Below the pieces are notes generated by a model. The model searched no databases. It was given only the letters and a program-made list of their open reading frames with translations, and was not told where the DNA came from. Position numbers and translations under genes: made by a program. 16,983 nucleotides of DNA. Origin: Chitinivibrionales bacterium (GTDB lineage Bacteria > Fibrobacterota > Chitinivibrionia > Chitinivibrionales > WJKA01). Positions within the stretch are counted from its first letter, which is position 1, and every line of letters starts with the position of its first letter. Location: the NCBI GenBank assembly GCA_038247415.1, contig JBBRUX010000064.1:1-16983 (forward strand). Direction: 5' to 3'. Below, in pieces: positions 1-7,126 of the stretch.

Positions 1-140
1 ATACAGATGAATCACCGGACATTCAGTATGGCATTTTCAAAGGAGGAAACGACAGCCTACACAAAAGAGAATCGTTTGACAGTAGCGATGGTGGGAGACT
101 AATTTAAACCAAAAGCGGACTTTAACTCAAAAACGCGCCG

Positions 141-165
141 GGTCGGATAGAAAAATCCGACCTTT
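141..165. terminator. Hairpin, probable (possibly bidirectional) intrinsic terminator downstream of the TPR gene
   Basis: Perfect 8-bp inverted repeat GGTCGGAT (141-148) / ATCCGACC (155-162) with a 6-nt loop, ~27 nt past the TPR stop codon. TTT follows on the + strand; on the - strand a T5 run follows after 7 nt. Confidence 0.55.
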
Positions 166-189
166 GAAAGTGCGAGGAAAAATGCTCTA

Positions 190-2952
190 TTATTTAGCAG
201 GCGCAGCCATTGCCTCATCGGCAATAAGCTTGTTTTTGGGATCAAGTAGCTTTGCACGAGCCACATGATCGGCATACGCACCCATATTTTTATTCATTTT
301 TGCAGCCTTGGCAAGACCCAATTCTGCGAGTGCATTTTTTGGATCCGATTTGAGCGCTTTGGCAAAATAGCCTTCTGCGGTGGTAGCATTGGATTGTTCC
401 AAAAAGAGAAATCCACGTTCTACAAGAGCAGGCGCATAATTTTCGTTGATAAACAATATCGACTTATAGGTTTCATTTGCTTCGGCAAATTTAGATTCGA
501 TCCGCTGTACTTTTGCCTTAAGCATAAGCCCTTCGATATTCATGAAATCTGCAACCATAACATCTTTGTTAACAGCATAAAAGTCGTTGTAGCGTTTTTG
601 GTCTACAAGGTCTTTTGCATACAAAACACGATATTTGTTATCCTTTTTCAGATCAATAAGTTCTTTAATTTCTGTCTCTGCTTCTTTTGCTTTACCTGTT
701 TGCTTTGCTAACTCATAAATTTGAACTCTCAGATCGATATTATTCGGCTCGAGTGTTTTGGCTTTAATAAGAAGGCCAACAGCCTGTTCGGGACGCTTTG
801 TTTCGAGATACCCTGCTGCGAGAAGCTTGATTACTTCAAGATCTTTAGGAACCATGGTTAAAGAAAGTTCAAGATTAGCAATAGCTGCGGTAGTTTGCTT
901 GCGGTTCATAAGAATAATTCCAGCACGTCGATTTGCAGGCTGATTCTGAGGATCGAGCGCTATAACACGCTTATACGCTGCAAGCTCTTTTTCTTCGTCC
1001 TTAAGTTTTCCGTATAAATCGCCAAGCTTTTGCCATACCACAAGAACGGTATCAACAATAAGTGTTGCGTTTTTAAGCATCGTGGCAGCTGCAGCCGTTT
1101 GCGTTGGATCTTCGGCAAGAAGCAATCCACCACGTAGCAAATTCCGGTAGTCTTTTGGAAAAGCTACTGCATTTGCCTGGTACAGTTTCATGGCCAGAGG
1201 CTTATTGGTCTTTTCACGCAAGAATGCTTTCTTATACGTTGCATCGGCATCGCGAATATCGGGGAATGCCGTGTAAGCATCGTAAGCTTCTGCTGCTTTT
1301 GCATCATCGCCAATTTTCTCATACGATTCTGCAAGCATTTTAAGCACGCGCTTAAGAGGGATTGCACTCAGATTGCGCGCTTTGGCTTTTGCAAGAACTT
1401 TTGCAGCTTTCTGGAAATCCTGAGTGTTAAAGCCAGATTCTCCTAAAGCAAGAAGGTATCCCACATCTTGCAAGGTAGTATCTTTTACATTTTCCAGATA
1501 CTGGATTGCCATAGGATACTGTTTCTTTTCAAAACGATACAAACCAATAGTTTTTGCTACAGCATTATCTCCCGGAGCCTTGGCCAAGTATTTTTCGTAG
1601 GCAGAAATGGCATTGTCTTCTTTACCTATTTTTTGTGACAAATCTCCCAGTGCCTTATACTCTTTAATAGCCTTGGGATTCATGAGAACAACCTGCTCAT
1701 AGGTAATAATGGCAGCATTGGCATCGTTTGCAAGAGCTTGACTTTCTGCAAGAGATGTCAATACAAGAACATTTGAATTATCGGATTTGAGCGCATCTTG
1801 ATACATTTTAATGGCATTTGCCCAATCTTTTTGTTTTTTGTAAATGTCCCCCAAGGAGCGATACGAAGCAGCATCGGCTTCGCCGGCAGCAATACCACCG
1901 CGAATAACCTTAACTGCTTCGGCCTCAAGACCGCGGGCGGTACACATGTCTTCGTACTTTTTGTAAAATCCTTTAATTTGCGGATCGAGACGAAGAGCAT
2001 GCCGATAGGCATCAAGTGCGCCTTCTGCATCTTTCTGTTCGTATAAAAGATCCCCAAGCGCCTTATAGGGAACCGCAGTAGATGAATCGAGAACAAGATA
2101 ATTCTTGAGATATAACACAGCATCACGCTTATTAGCCTTCGCCACGCTCAGCAGATACAAACTCTTAAAAACTTTAGGATCTGTTGGGGTTAAGAGTGCA
2201 AGTTCCTTAAGCGTTACGAATGCTGCAGCCGTATCGCCTTTAGCAAGCGCGTACTCGATAAGACGCCTGCGAGAGGAAACATCCTTTTTGTCGAGATCAA
2301 CAATTTTGGGATCGATCAGTGCCAGCTTATCTTTCTGTCCCAATTTTTCGTAGCAGAGTGCAAGTTGCTTATACTGCTCTATGGCGGCTTTTTTGGAAAC
2401 AATTACTTCCAGTTGCGCACTCGCACCTTTATAATCTTCTTGCTTGAGATAAATTTGAGCGAGAATAACACGTGAATCAAAAACATTAGCATCAATTGAG
2501 ACAGCAGACTCTGCAGCGTCGCGTGCTTTATCCCATTGTGAGAGCTTTGCAGCACAGAGAGCGATGCCTTCGGCAGCTTGTGCAGATCGATTGAGAAGAA
2601 AGCTCTTTTGGAAGTTGTCAAGAGCCAAAGGAATTTTATCATCTTCAAAATAACATTGACCGAAGCCTAGGTATGCTTCGGGATCGCTTGGGTTGGCTGT
2701 TTGAGCCTCTTTAAAACATACGATCGCTTTTTCACGGGCGTTTGTTTTTCGATAGGCGGTGCCAAGATCATCCCAAATTCCCCCGTTACGGGTATTTGCA
2801 GGAATATTTTTATCGGCATAGGCGATTGCATCTGAATATTTTCCCGCTGCAATTAATTCGTCAAATTTTGCATCTGCAAAAAGTGAACTTGCCGTCACAA
2901 CCATTAATCCAAAGACCAGGCCACAATTTTTGAGAACAGTAAACAAACTCAT
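190..2952 (-). CDS. Secreted tetratricopeptide-repeat (TPR) protein, ~920 aa (paralogue A)
   Basis: Long ORF of repeated TPR-like units (e.g. YKALGDLLYEQKDAEGALDAYRHALRLDP, WQKLGDLYGKLKDEEKELAAYKRVIALDP). Start moved from 2970 to the ATG at 2952 because AGGAG lies 5 nt upstream. N-terminus resembles a Sec signal peptide ending SLFA|D. Confidence 0.9.
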   Translation of the reverse strand: MSLFTVLKNCGLVFGLMVVTASSLFADAKFDELIAAGKYSDAIAYADKNIPANTRNGGIWDDLGTAYRKTNAREKAIVCFKEAQTANPSDPEAYLGFGQCYFEDDKIPLALDNFQKSFLLNRSAQAAEGIALCAAKLSQWDKARDAAESAVSIDANVFDSRVILAQIYLKQEDYKGASAQLEVIVSKKAAIEQYKQLALCYEKLGQKDKLALIDPKIVDLDKKDVSSRRRLIEYALAKGDTAAAFVTLKELALLTPTDPKVFKSLYLLSVAKANKRDAVLYLKNYLVLDSSTAVPYKALGDLLYEQKDAEGALDAYRHALRLDPQIKGFYKKYEDMCTARGLEAEAVKVIRGGIAAGEADAASYRSLGDIYKKQKDWANAIKMYQDALKSDNSNVLVLTSLAESQALANDANAAIITYEQVVLMNPKAIKEYKALGDLSQKIGKEDNAISAYEKYLAKAPGDNAVAKTIGLYRFEKKQYPMAIQYLENVKDTTLQDVGYLLALGESGFNTQDFQKAAKVLAKAKARNLSAIPLKRVLKMLAESYEKIGDDAKAAEAYDAYTAFPDIRDADATYKKAFLREKTNKPLAMKLYQANAVAFPKDYRNLLRGGLLLAEDPTQTAAAATMLKNATLIVDTVLVVWQKLGDLYGKLKDEEKELAAYKRVIALDPQNQPANRRAGIILMNRKQTTAAIANLELSLTMVPKDLEVIKLLAAGYLETKRPEQAVGLLIKAKTLEPNNIDLRVQIYELAKQTGKAKEAETEIKELIDLKKDNKYRVLYAKDLVDQKRYNDFYAVNKDVMVADFMNIEGLMLKAKVQRIESKFAEANETYKSILFINENYAPALVERGFLFLEQSNATTAEGYFAKALKSDPKNALAELGLAKAAKMNKNMGAYADHVARAKLLDPKNKLIADEAMAAPAK

Positions 2953-3085
2953 AGAAACTCCTTTAACCACTAAAAGTGCAACAAATCAAAATGCTCTTTT
3001 TCAAAATACATACAGCATTGTCTCAAAACAACGAAATCTCTGTTTTAAACAGTATTGCATGCTACTTCTGTACAATTTAAAAACA

Positions 3086-4345
3086 TTATAATACATATCC
3101 AGCAGGAACGGTAACACCTTTAGGCACTATAATAATGCCGTCGCTAATGACGATACCGTCTTTTTCGCCGTTTTTGATATTTGTGGTATTCACAAGGATT
3201 GCGCCATCGCCAATACTGACATCCTTATCGATAATGGCATTGCGTATCGTGCAATTTCGTCCAATGCCGGTTGGGGAGTCTTTTGGAGCTCCATGATCAT
3301 AGGAATCTGCTCCCATAAGAATAACCCGAGACAGATCAGATCCAGAGCGAATGATCGACCGCACTCCTACAACGCTATTACTAATGCGCGCATTTTCAAC
3401 CTGACATCCTTCACAAATAATAGAAGCATCGATGCTGGAACCGGTGATTTTTGCGGCGGGCAAATAACGTGCGTTGGTAAAAATGGGATTTTTTTCGTCA
3501 TAAAAATCAAACGGCGGATGAGCTGAAGTCATGGCCAGGTGCGCTTCAAAAAAAGCTTTTATAGTCCCAATATCTTCCCAGTAACCAGAAAACGGATAGG
3601 CAAAAACGCGATACTTATTTATTGCTGCCGGAATAATTTGTTTACCGAAATCATCATGGTCAAACTGTTCTAGAATATCGAACAAGACTTTCTTGTTAAA
3701 CAGATAAATTCCCATCGAACCAAGATGCGTTTTCTCAACTTCGTTAGAAGGTGATGCAGATTTCAGATCGCGTGGCAGCTCAAATTGATCGATGATCGAT
3801 TCTTCTTTTGGCTTTTCAACAAAATCGGTGATACTATAATCGGCAGCAACTTTAAGCACACCAAGCTCCGGCACATGCGCTCGTGGGACGGGGATAGCAC
3901 TTACCGATATATCTGCCTTATTGTCGTTATGGAATTTGATAAATTGAGTAAAATCCATGCGATACAAATGGTCACCAGACAAAAGAAGAATAGTATCCCC
4001 TGCCTGCTCAAAATTAGCCAAGTTTTTTCGCACTGCGTCGGCAGTACCCTGATACCAGCCTTTATTATCGACTGTTTGTGAAGCAGCAAGAACCGATACA
4101 AAGCCCCCGGTAAATGCGTCGAGACGATAGGATTGGAAAATATGCCGGTGTAATGACTCAGATGCAAACTGTGTGAGAACCCAAATAGTTCTAATACCAT
4201 GATGTAAACAATTAGAAATAGGAATGTCGATAAGGCGGAATTTACCCCCAATAGGAACAGCTGGTTTGGAACGCTTTTCGGTAAGAGGATGTAAACGAGT
4301 TCCTTGTCCACCAGCCAAAATAATGGAAGTAACATTCGAATTCAT
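3086..4345 (-). CDS. glgC: Glucose-1-phosphate adenylyltransferase (ADP-glucose pyrophosphorylase)
   Basis: Motifs ILAGGQGTRLHPLT..RSKPAVPIGGKFRLIDIPISNC, WYQGTADAVR, LSGDHLYRMD, FVEKP, SMGIYLF, DFGKQIIP, YWEDIGT and a C-terminal beta-helix region. Start set at ATG 4345 (MNSNV), preceded by GGAGAAAGG. Confidence 0.95.
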   Translation of the reverse strand: MNSNVTSIILAGGQGTRLHPLTEKRSKPAVPIGGKFRLIDIPISNCLHHGIRTIWVLTQFASESLHRHIFQSYRLDAFTGGFVSVLAASQTVDNKGWYQGTADAVRKNLANFEQAGDTILLLSGDHLYRMDFTQFIKFHNDNKADISVSAIPVPRAHVPELGVLKVAADYSITDFVEKPKEESIIDQFELPRDLKSASPSNEVEKTHLGSMGIYLFNKKVLFDILEQFDHDDFGKQIIPAAINKYRVFAYPFSGYWEDIGTIKAFFEAHLAMTSAHPPFDFYDEKNPIFTNARYLPAAKITGSSIDASIICEGCQVENARISNSVVGVRSIIRSGSDLSRVILMGADSYDHGAPKDSPTGIGRNCTIRNAIIDKDVSIGDGAILVNTTNIKNGEKDGIVISDGIIIVPKGVTVPAGYVL

Positions 4346-4391
4346 AGGAGCCTTTCTCCAAAAGAGTAGATTTTTTCGTAGTATGCATAAT

Positions 4392-4419
4392 ATTTTAAAA
4401 TACACATTTGCCCAATCAA
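4392..4419 (-). promoter_or_regulatory. Possible sigma70-type promoter for glgC
   Basis: Minus strand reads TTGATT-N16-TAAAAT in the divergent glgC/flavoprotein intergenic region. The region is AT-rich, so a chance match is possible. Confidence 0.3.
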
Positions 4420-4490
4420 TAACAGCGGATTTACCGTTATTGCAGTGCCACAGTATGGCAGCTTTTACCCAACAGGTATTTTATTACCAT

Positions 4491-5774
4491 ATGAGACAAA
4501 ACATGGACTACGATATTATTGTTATTGGAGCAGGACCAGCGGGACTTATTGGCGCGATAGCCGCAGCGCGCAAAGGTTGCCGGGTTCTCGTATGCGAACG
4601 AGGATCTTCCACAGGACGCAAACTGCTGGTCTCGGGCGGTGGACGCTGCAATATTACCAATGTAACTCCACTTCAAACATTTTCAAAACTATTTGGGGGG
4701 CACAAAGCCCACTTTGTTGCAGCATCGCTTAAGCAATGGGGCCCCAAAGATATTATTACGTTTTTCGAAAATCTCGGTGTTCCACTTTCATCACCCGATG
4801 CGATTCATTTCTTTCCTACCTCTAATAAAGCATCGGATCCACTTGCCGCTCTGTTAGCCGAAGCACAAAAGGTGCATGTCACTATTGAGACAAACTGCGA
4901 AGTTGCACACCTGCATTTTAACAACAAAGATTTTGCAGGTATTACGTATGGCACAACCTACGTATCTGGATCGGCGTGCATTATTGCAGCGGGCGGCCAA
5001 GGATACGCCCCTCTTGGAGGAACAACCAGCGGATACAAACTTGCTGCCGACTGTTCCTATGAAATTGTGGTGCCAGTCCCCGGCCTTGTTGGCCTTCACA
5101 CACAGGAAAAATGGCCTGCTAGCTGCGCCGGGGTAACTCTTGACTGGGCGCGCATTCGCATTCAGACTAAAACAGCATTGCCCCTTATCACACAATCCGA
5201 TGGATCACTTCTTTTTACGCACAAAGGGATATCGGGACCGTGCGCATTAGATATTTCTGCCTCGATTTCTCGATTGGTGTATAACGGCACTCCCGTTGCA
5301 ATACAATGCATTCTTCAACCAGAACTCGACAATGCAGCATGGAACACCTCTTTTGAATCGTGGCAACAACATAAAGGCGGATCTTTCCTTGTCACCCACC
5401 TAGCAAAACATTTGCCACAAAGACTACTCGAAGCGATCTTTACAACATACAAAATACCGCTCACGCTCCGCTGTGCCGATGTCAACCGCCCAACCAAAAC
5501 TTTGCTTATCTCTTTATTATGCGAGGGTGTTCCATTGCATATCCATACGCTCGAGGGGTGGGACAAAGCCATGGTGAGCAGCGGGGGCGTTTCTATAGAC
5601 CACCTTGACTCACGCACTATGGCCGGGAAACTCCATAAGGGGCTCTATTTTGCAGGCGAAGTGATCGATTGCGATGGCCCCTGCGGAGGATACAACCTTA
5701 CCTGGGCTTTTAGCAGTGGGGTTGTTGCAGGCAAAAGTGCTGGGGAATTTGTTCAAAAGCAAAAAGATAGTTGA
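4491..5774 (+). CDS. HI0933/YhiN-family FAD-dependent oxidoreductase
   Basis: Rossmann motif IVIGAGPAG, then GRKLLVSGGGRCNITN, LLFTHKGISGP, AMVSSGGV and GLYFAGEVIDCDGPCGGYNL..AFSSG, all hallmark motifs of the family. The true start is probably ATG 4491 or 4503; the ORF-track start at 4224 overlaps glgC on the opposite strand. Confidence 0.92.
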   Translation: MRQNMDYDIIVIGAGPAGLIGAIAAARKGCRVLVCERGSSTGRKLLVSGGGRCNITNVTPLQTFSKLFGGHKAHFVAASLKQWGPKDIITFFENLGVPLSSPDAIHFFPTSNKASDPLAALLAEAQKVHVTIETNCEVAHLHFNNKDFAGITYGTTYVSGSACIIAAGGQGYAPLGGTTSGYKLAADCSYEIVVPVPGLVGLHTQEKWPASCAGVTLDWARIRIQTKTALPLITQSDGSLLFTHKGISGPCALDISASISRLVYNGTPVAIQCILQPELDNAAWNTSFESWQQHKGGSFLVTHLAKHLPQRLLEAIFTTYKIPLTLRCADVNRPTKTLLISLLCEGVPLHIHTLEGWDKAMVSSGGVSIDHLDSRTMAGKLHKGLYFAGEVIDCDGPCGGYNLTWAFSSGVVAGKSAGEFVQKQKDS

Positions 5775-5825
5775 CTTTAGAATAATTTGTCTATAGATCT
5801 AACACAGGGACGTGGCGCTCTCTGC

Positions 5826-5858
5826 AAAAAAAACGGGGCAGGATTTACTCCTGCCCCG
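5826..5858 (-). terminator. Rho-independent terminator of the ECF sigma/anti-sigma operon
   Basis: Perfect 10-bp GC-rich stem CGGGGCAGGA (5834-5843) / TCCTGCCCCG (5849-5858) with a 5-nt loop. An A8 tract (5826-5833) gives a U8 tail on the minus strand, 30 nt after the anti-sigma stop. Confidence 0.9.
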
Positions 5859-5888
5859 AAGACATCCTCAATTAAAAGAACCTGTTTG

Positions 5889-6437
5889 TTATTCTTTGGT
5901 TTCTTTAACGGTAATTACGCCTTCGGCGTTCATATTGCCAACGTGAGGAACATTAGTAAGCTCTGGCTTGCTTTTTACAATGCTATCCTTTGTTGTGTCA
6001 ACAAGAGCAACGCTCGCAGGCAGAGCCGCTGCAACAACAGGAGTTGCTTTTATTGTTTTTGCAGCAAGGGCAGCTTTAGATGCCGCAGTAGTTTTAGCCA
6101 TGTACACAAAATAACCACTTCCGCCAAACCCAACAACAAGCAGCATAAGCGCAACAGATGCACGTCGAAAGAAAGGCGAGAAAATAGAAAATCCAATTTT
6201 AGTTGACCCAATAGGCTGCGATGCAACTCGAAGTATTTCTGCATCAGTTGCATGAGATGGGGCATCTGCTAGCAGTTCCACTCTAAAGAACTGGTTCTTG
6301 TCGGATGTATAGGCAGCCAGCTCTGCGGAACACGACGAACAGATTGCAAGGTGAGATTCATACTCACGAGCACTGTGAAGATCGAGCTCTTTGGCAGAAT
6401 ACAACAAACCGGTTTCTTCCCATTTAACGCACTCCAT
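5889..6437 (-). CDS. Zinc-binding (ZAS/zf-HC2) single-pass membrane anti-sigma factor, ~182 aa
   Basis: HxxxCxxC motif (HLAICSSC, 6330-6353), one hydrophobic segment (ASVALMLLVVGFGGSGYFVYM) and an Ala/Lys/Thr-rich tail. ATG 6437 has an AGGGG SD and overlaps the ECF sigma gene by 14 nt. Confidence 0.8.
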   Translation of the reverse strand: MECVKWEETGLLYSAKELDLHSAREYESHLAICSSCSAELAAYTSDKNQFFRVELLADAPSHATDAEILRVASQPIGSTKIGFSIFSPFFRRASVALMLLVVGFGGSGYFVYMAKTTAASKAALAAKTIKATPVVAAALPASVALVDTTKDSIVKSKPELTNVPHVGNMNAEGVITVKETKE

Positions 6438-6987
6438 ATACACCCCTTTGTTCCAATTCTTTTCGGATATTCCGAAGCGCAAGCCTCATTCGACCAAGCG
6501 CAGTATTTATCGGACATTTCATAATAACTGCAATATCTTTAAACGGCACATCACCTAATTCACGCATGAGAAAAACTTCTCGTTGCAGTGGATCGAGCGT
6601 GTCAACAGCTTCATTAATAAGAATTCGTAACCGTTTATTAGAAAGCTCGTTGTCAGGAGCATCTATTTTGCTTCCGATACTGCCAAGGGCATCGGCTTCG
6701 TGATCGTTTTCGACCTTTACGTGACGGAAATAATCGATGGTACGTTTATGAGCAATGCCAAAAACCCAACTTAAAAAGCTACGATTTCTATCGAACTGAT
6801 CGACATTACGCAGAGCCGCAACAAACGTATCTTGCATTATATCTTCTGCTCGATCACGGTCGGCAGTCATTCGCATAAGAAACCCGAAGACACGGGTTTT
6901 ATATTTTTCGTATAAAGCAGAGTAACCAGTTTGATCGCCATGAAGCCAGCGATCTAACAATTCCTTATCGTTATCTTGTTCTTCCAT
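6424..6987 (-). CDS. RNA polymerase ECF-subfamily sigma-70 factor
   Basis: 187 aa with region 2 (AEDIMQDTF, FLSWVFGIAHKRTIDYFR) and region 4 HTH (LDPLQREVFLMRELGDVPFKDIAVIMKCPINTALGRMRLALRNIRK); regions 1.1 and 3 absent. Confidence 0.95.
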   Translation of the reverse strand: MEEQDNDKELLDRWLHGDQTGYSALYEKYKTRVFGFLMRMTADRDRAEDIMQDTFVAALRNVDQFDRNRSFLSWVFGIAHKRTIDYFRHVKVENDHEADALGSIGSKIDAPDNELSNKRLRILINEAVDTLDPLQREVFLMRELGDVPFKDIAVIMKCPINTALGRMRLALRNIRKELEQRGVYGVR

Positions 6988-6996
6988 GGTAATTAC

Positions 6997-7022
6997 GTCG
7001 CTTTAAAGGGTTTATTGTTTGA
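6997..7022 (-). promoter_or_regulatory. Candidate ECF-type autoregulatory promoter
   Basis: Minus strand reads TCAAAC (7022-7017), a 16-nt spacer, then CGAC (7000-6997), resembling the AAC-N16-CGwC/CGTA pattern of SigX/SigW/SigM-like ECF promoters. It lies 9 nt upstream of the sigma ATG. Confidence 0.5.
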
Positions 7023-7065
7023 TAGATATTTAGAAAATTATTATGAAAAAAAAGTGTGCATCTAC

Positions 7066-7099
7066 AAAAAAACAGGAGCGAAAATGACTTCCGCTCCTG
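7066..7099 (-). terminator. Rho-independent terminator after the large TPR gene
   Basis: Stem CAGGAGCG (7073-7080) / CGCTCCTG (7092-7099), extendable with G-U/A-U pairs on the minus-strand RNA. An A7 tract (7066-7072) gives the U-tail, ~27 nt after the stop at 7127. Confidence 0.85.
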
Positions 7100-7126
7100 C
7101 ATAATCAACCGCGATACAGAACTAAC

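Noticed and set aside
1..107. Possible 3' end of a convergent plus-strand gene (frame 1 open to TAA 100-102; frame 3 open to TAA 105-107)
   Set aside because: Two frames are open, neither peptide is recognisable and the stretch is too short to choose. Plausible given the hairpin at 141-162, but unsupported.
4224..4490. N-terminal extensions of the flavoprotein ORF (from 4224) and of glgC (to 4405), giving an apparent antisense overlap
   Set aside because: Family homology begins at MDYDIIVIGAG and MNSNVTSIILAGG respectively; the extensions are longest-ORF artefacts.
5685..5720. GGYNLTWA instead of the common GGYNLQxA in the HI0933-family protein
   Set aside because: From recall, Thr at this position also occurs in other family members; not evidence of inactivation or novelty.
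5787..6206. 139-aa plus-strand ORF and the other short ORFs in the track (e.g. 265-711, 8588-9022, 14384-14860, 15256-15714)
   Set aside because: They lie antisense or out of frame within well-supported genes and show no recognisable motifs; they are shadow ORFs.
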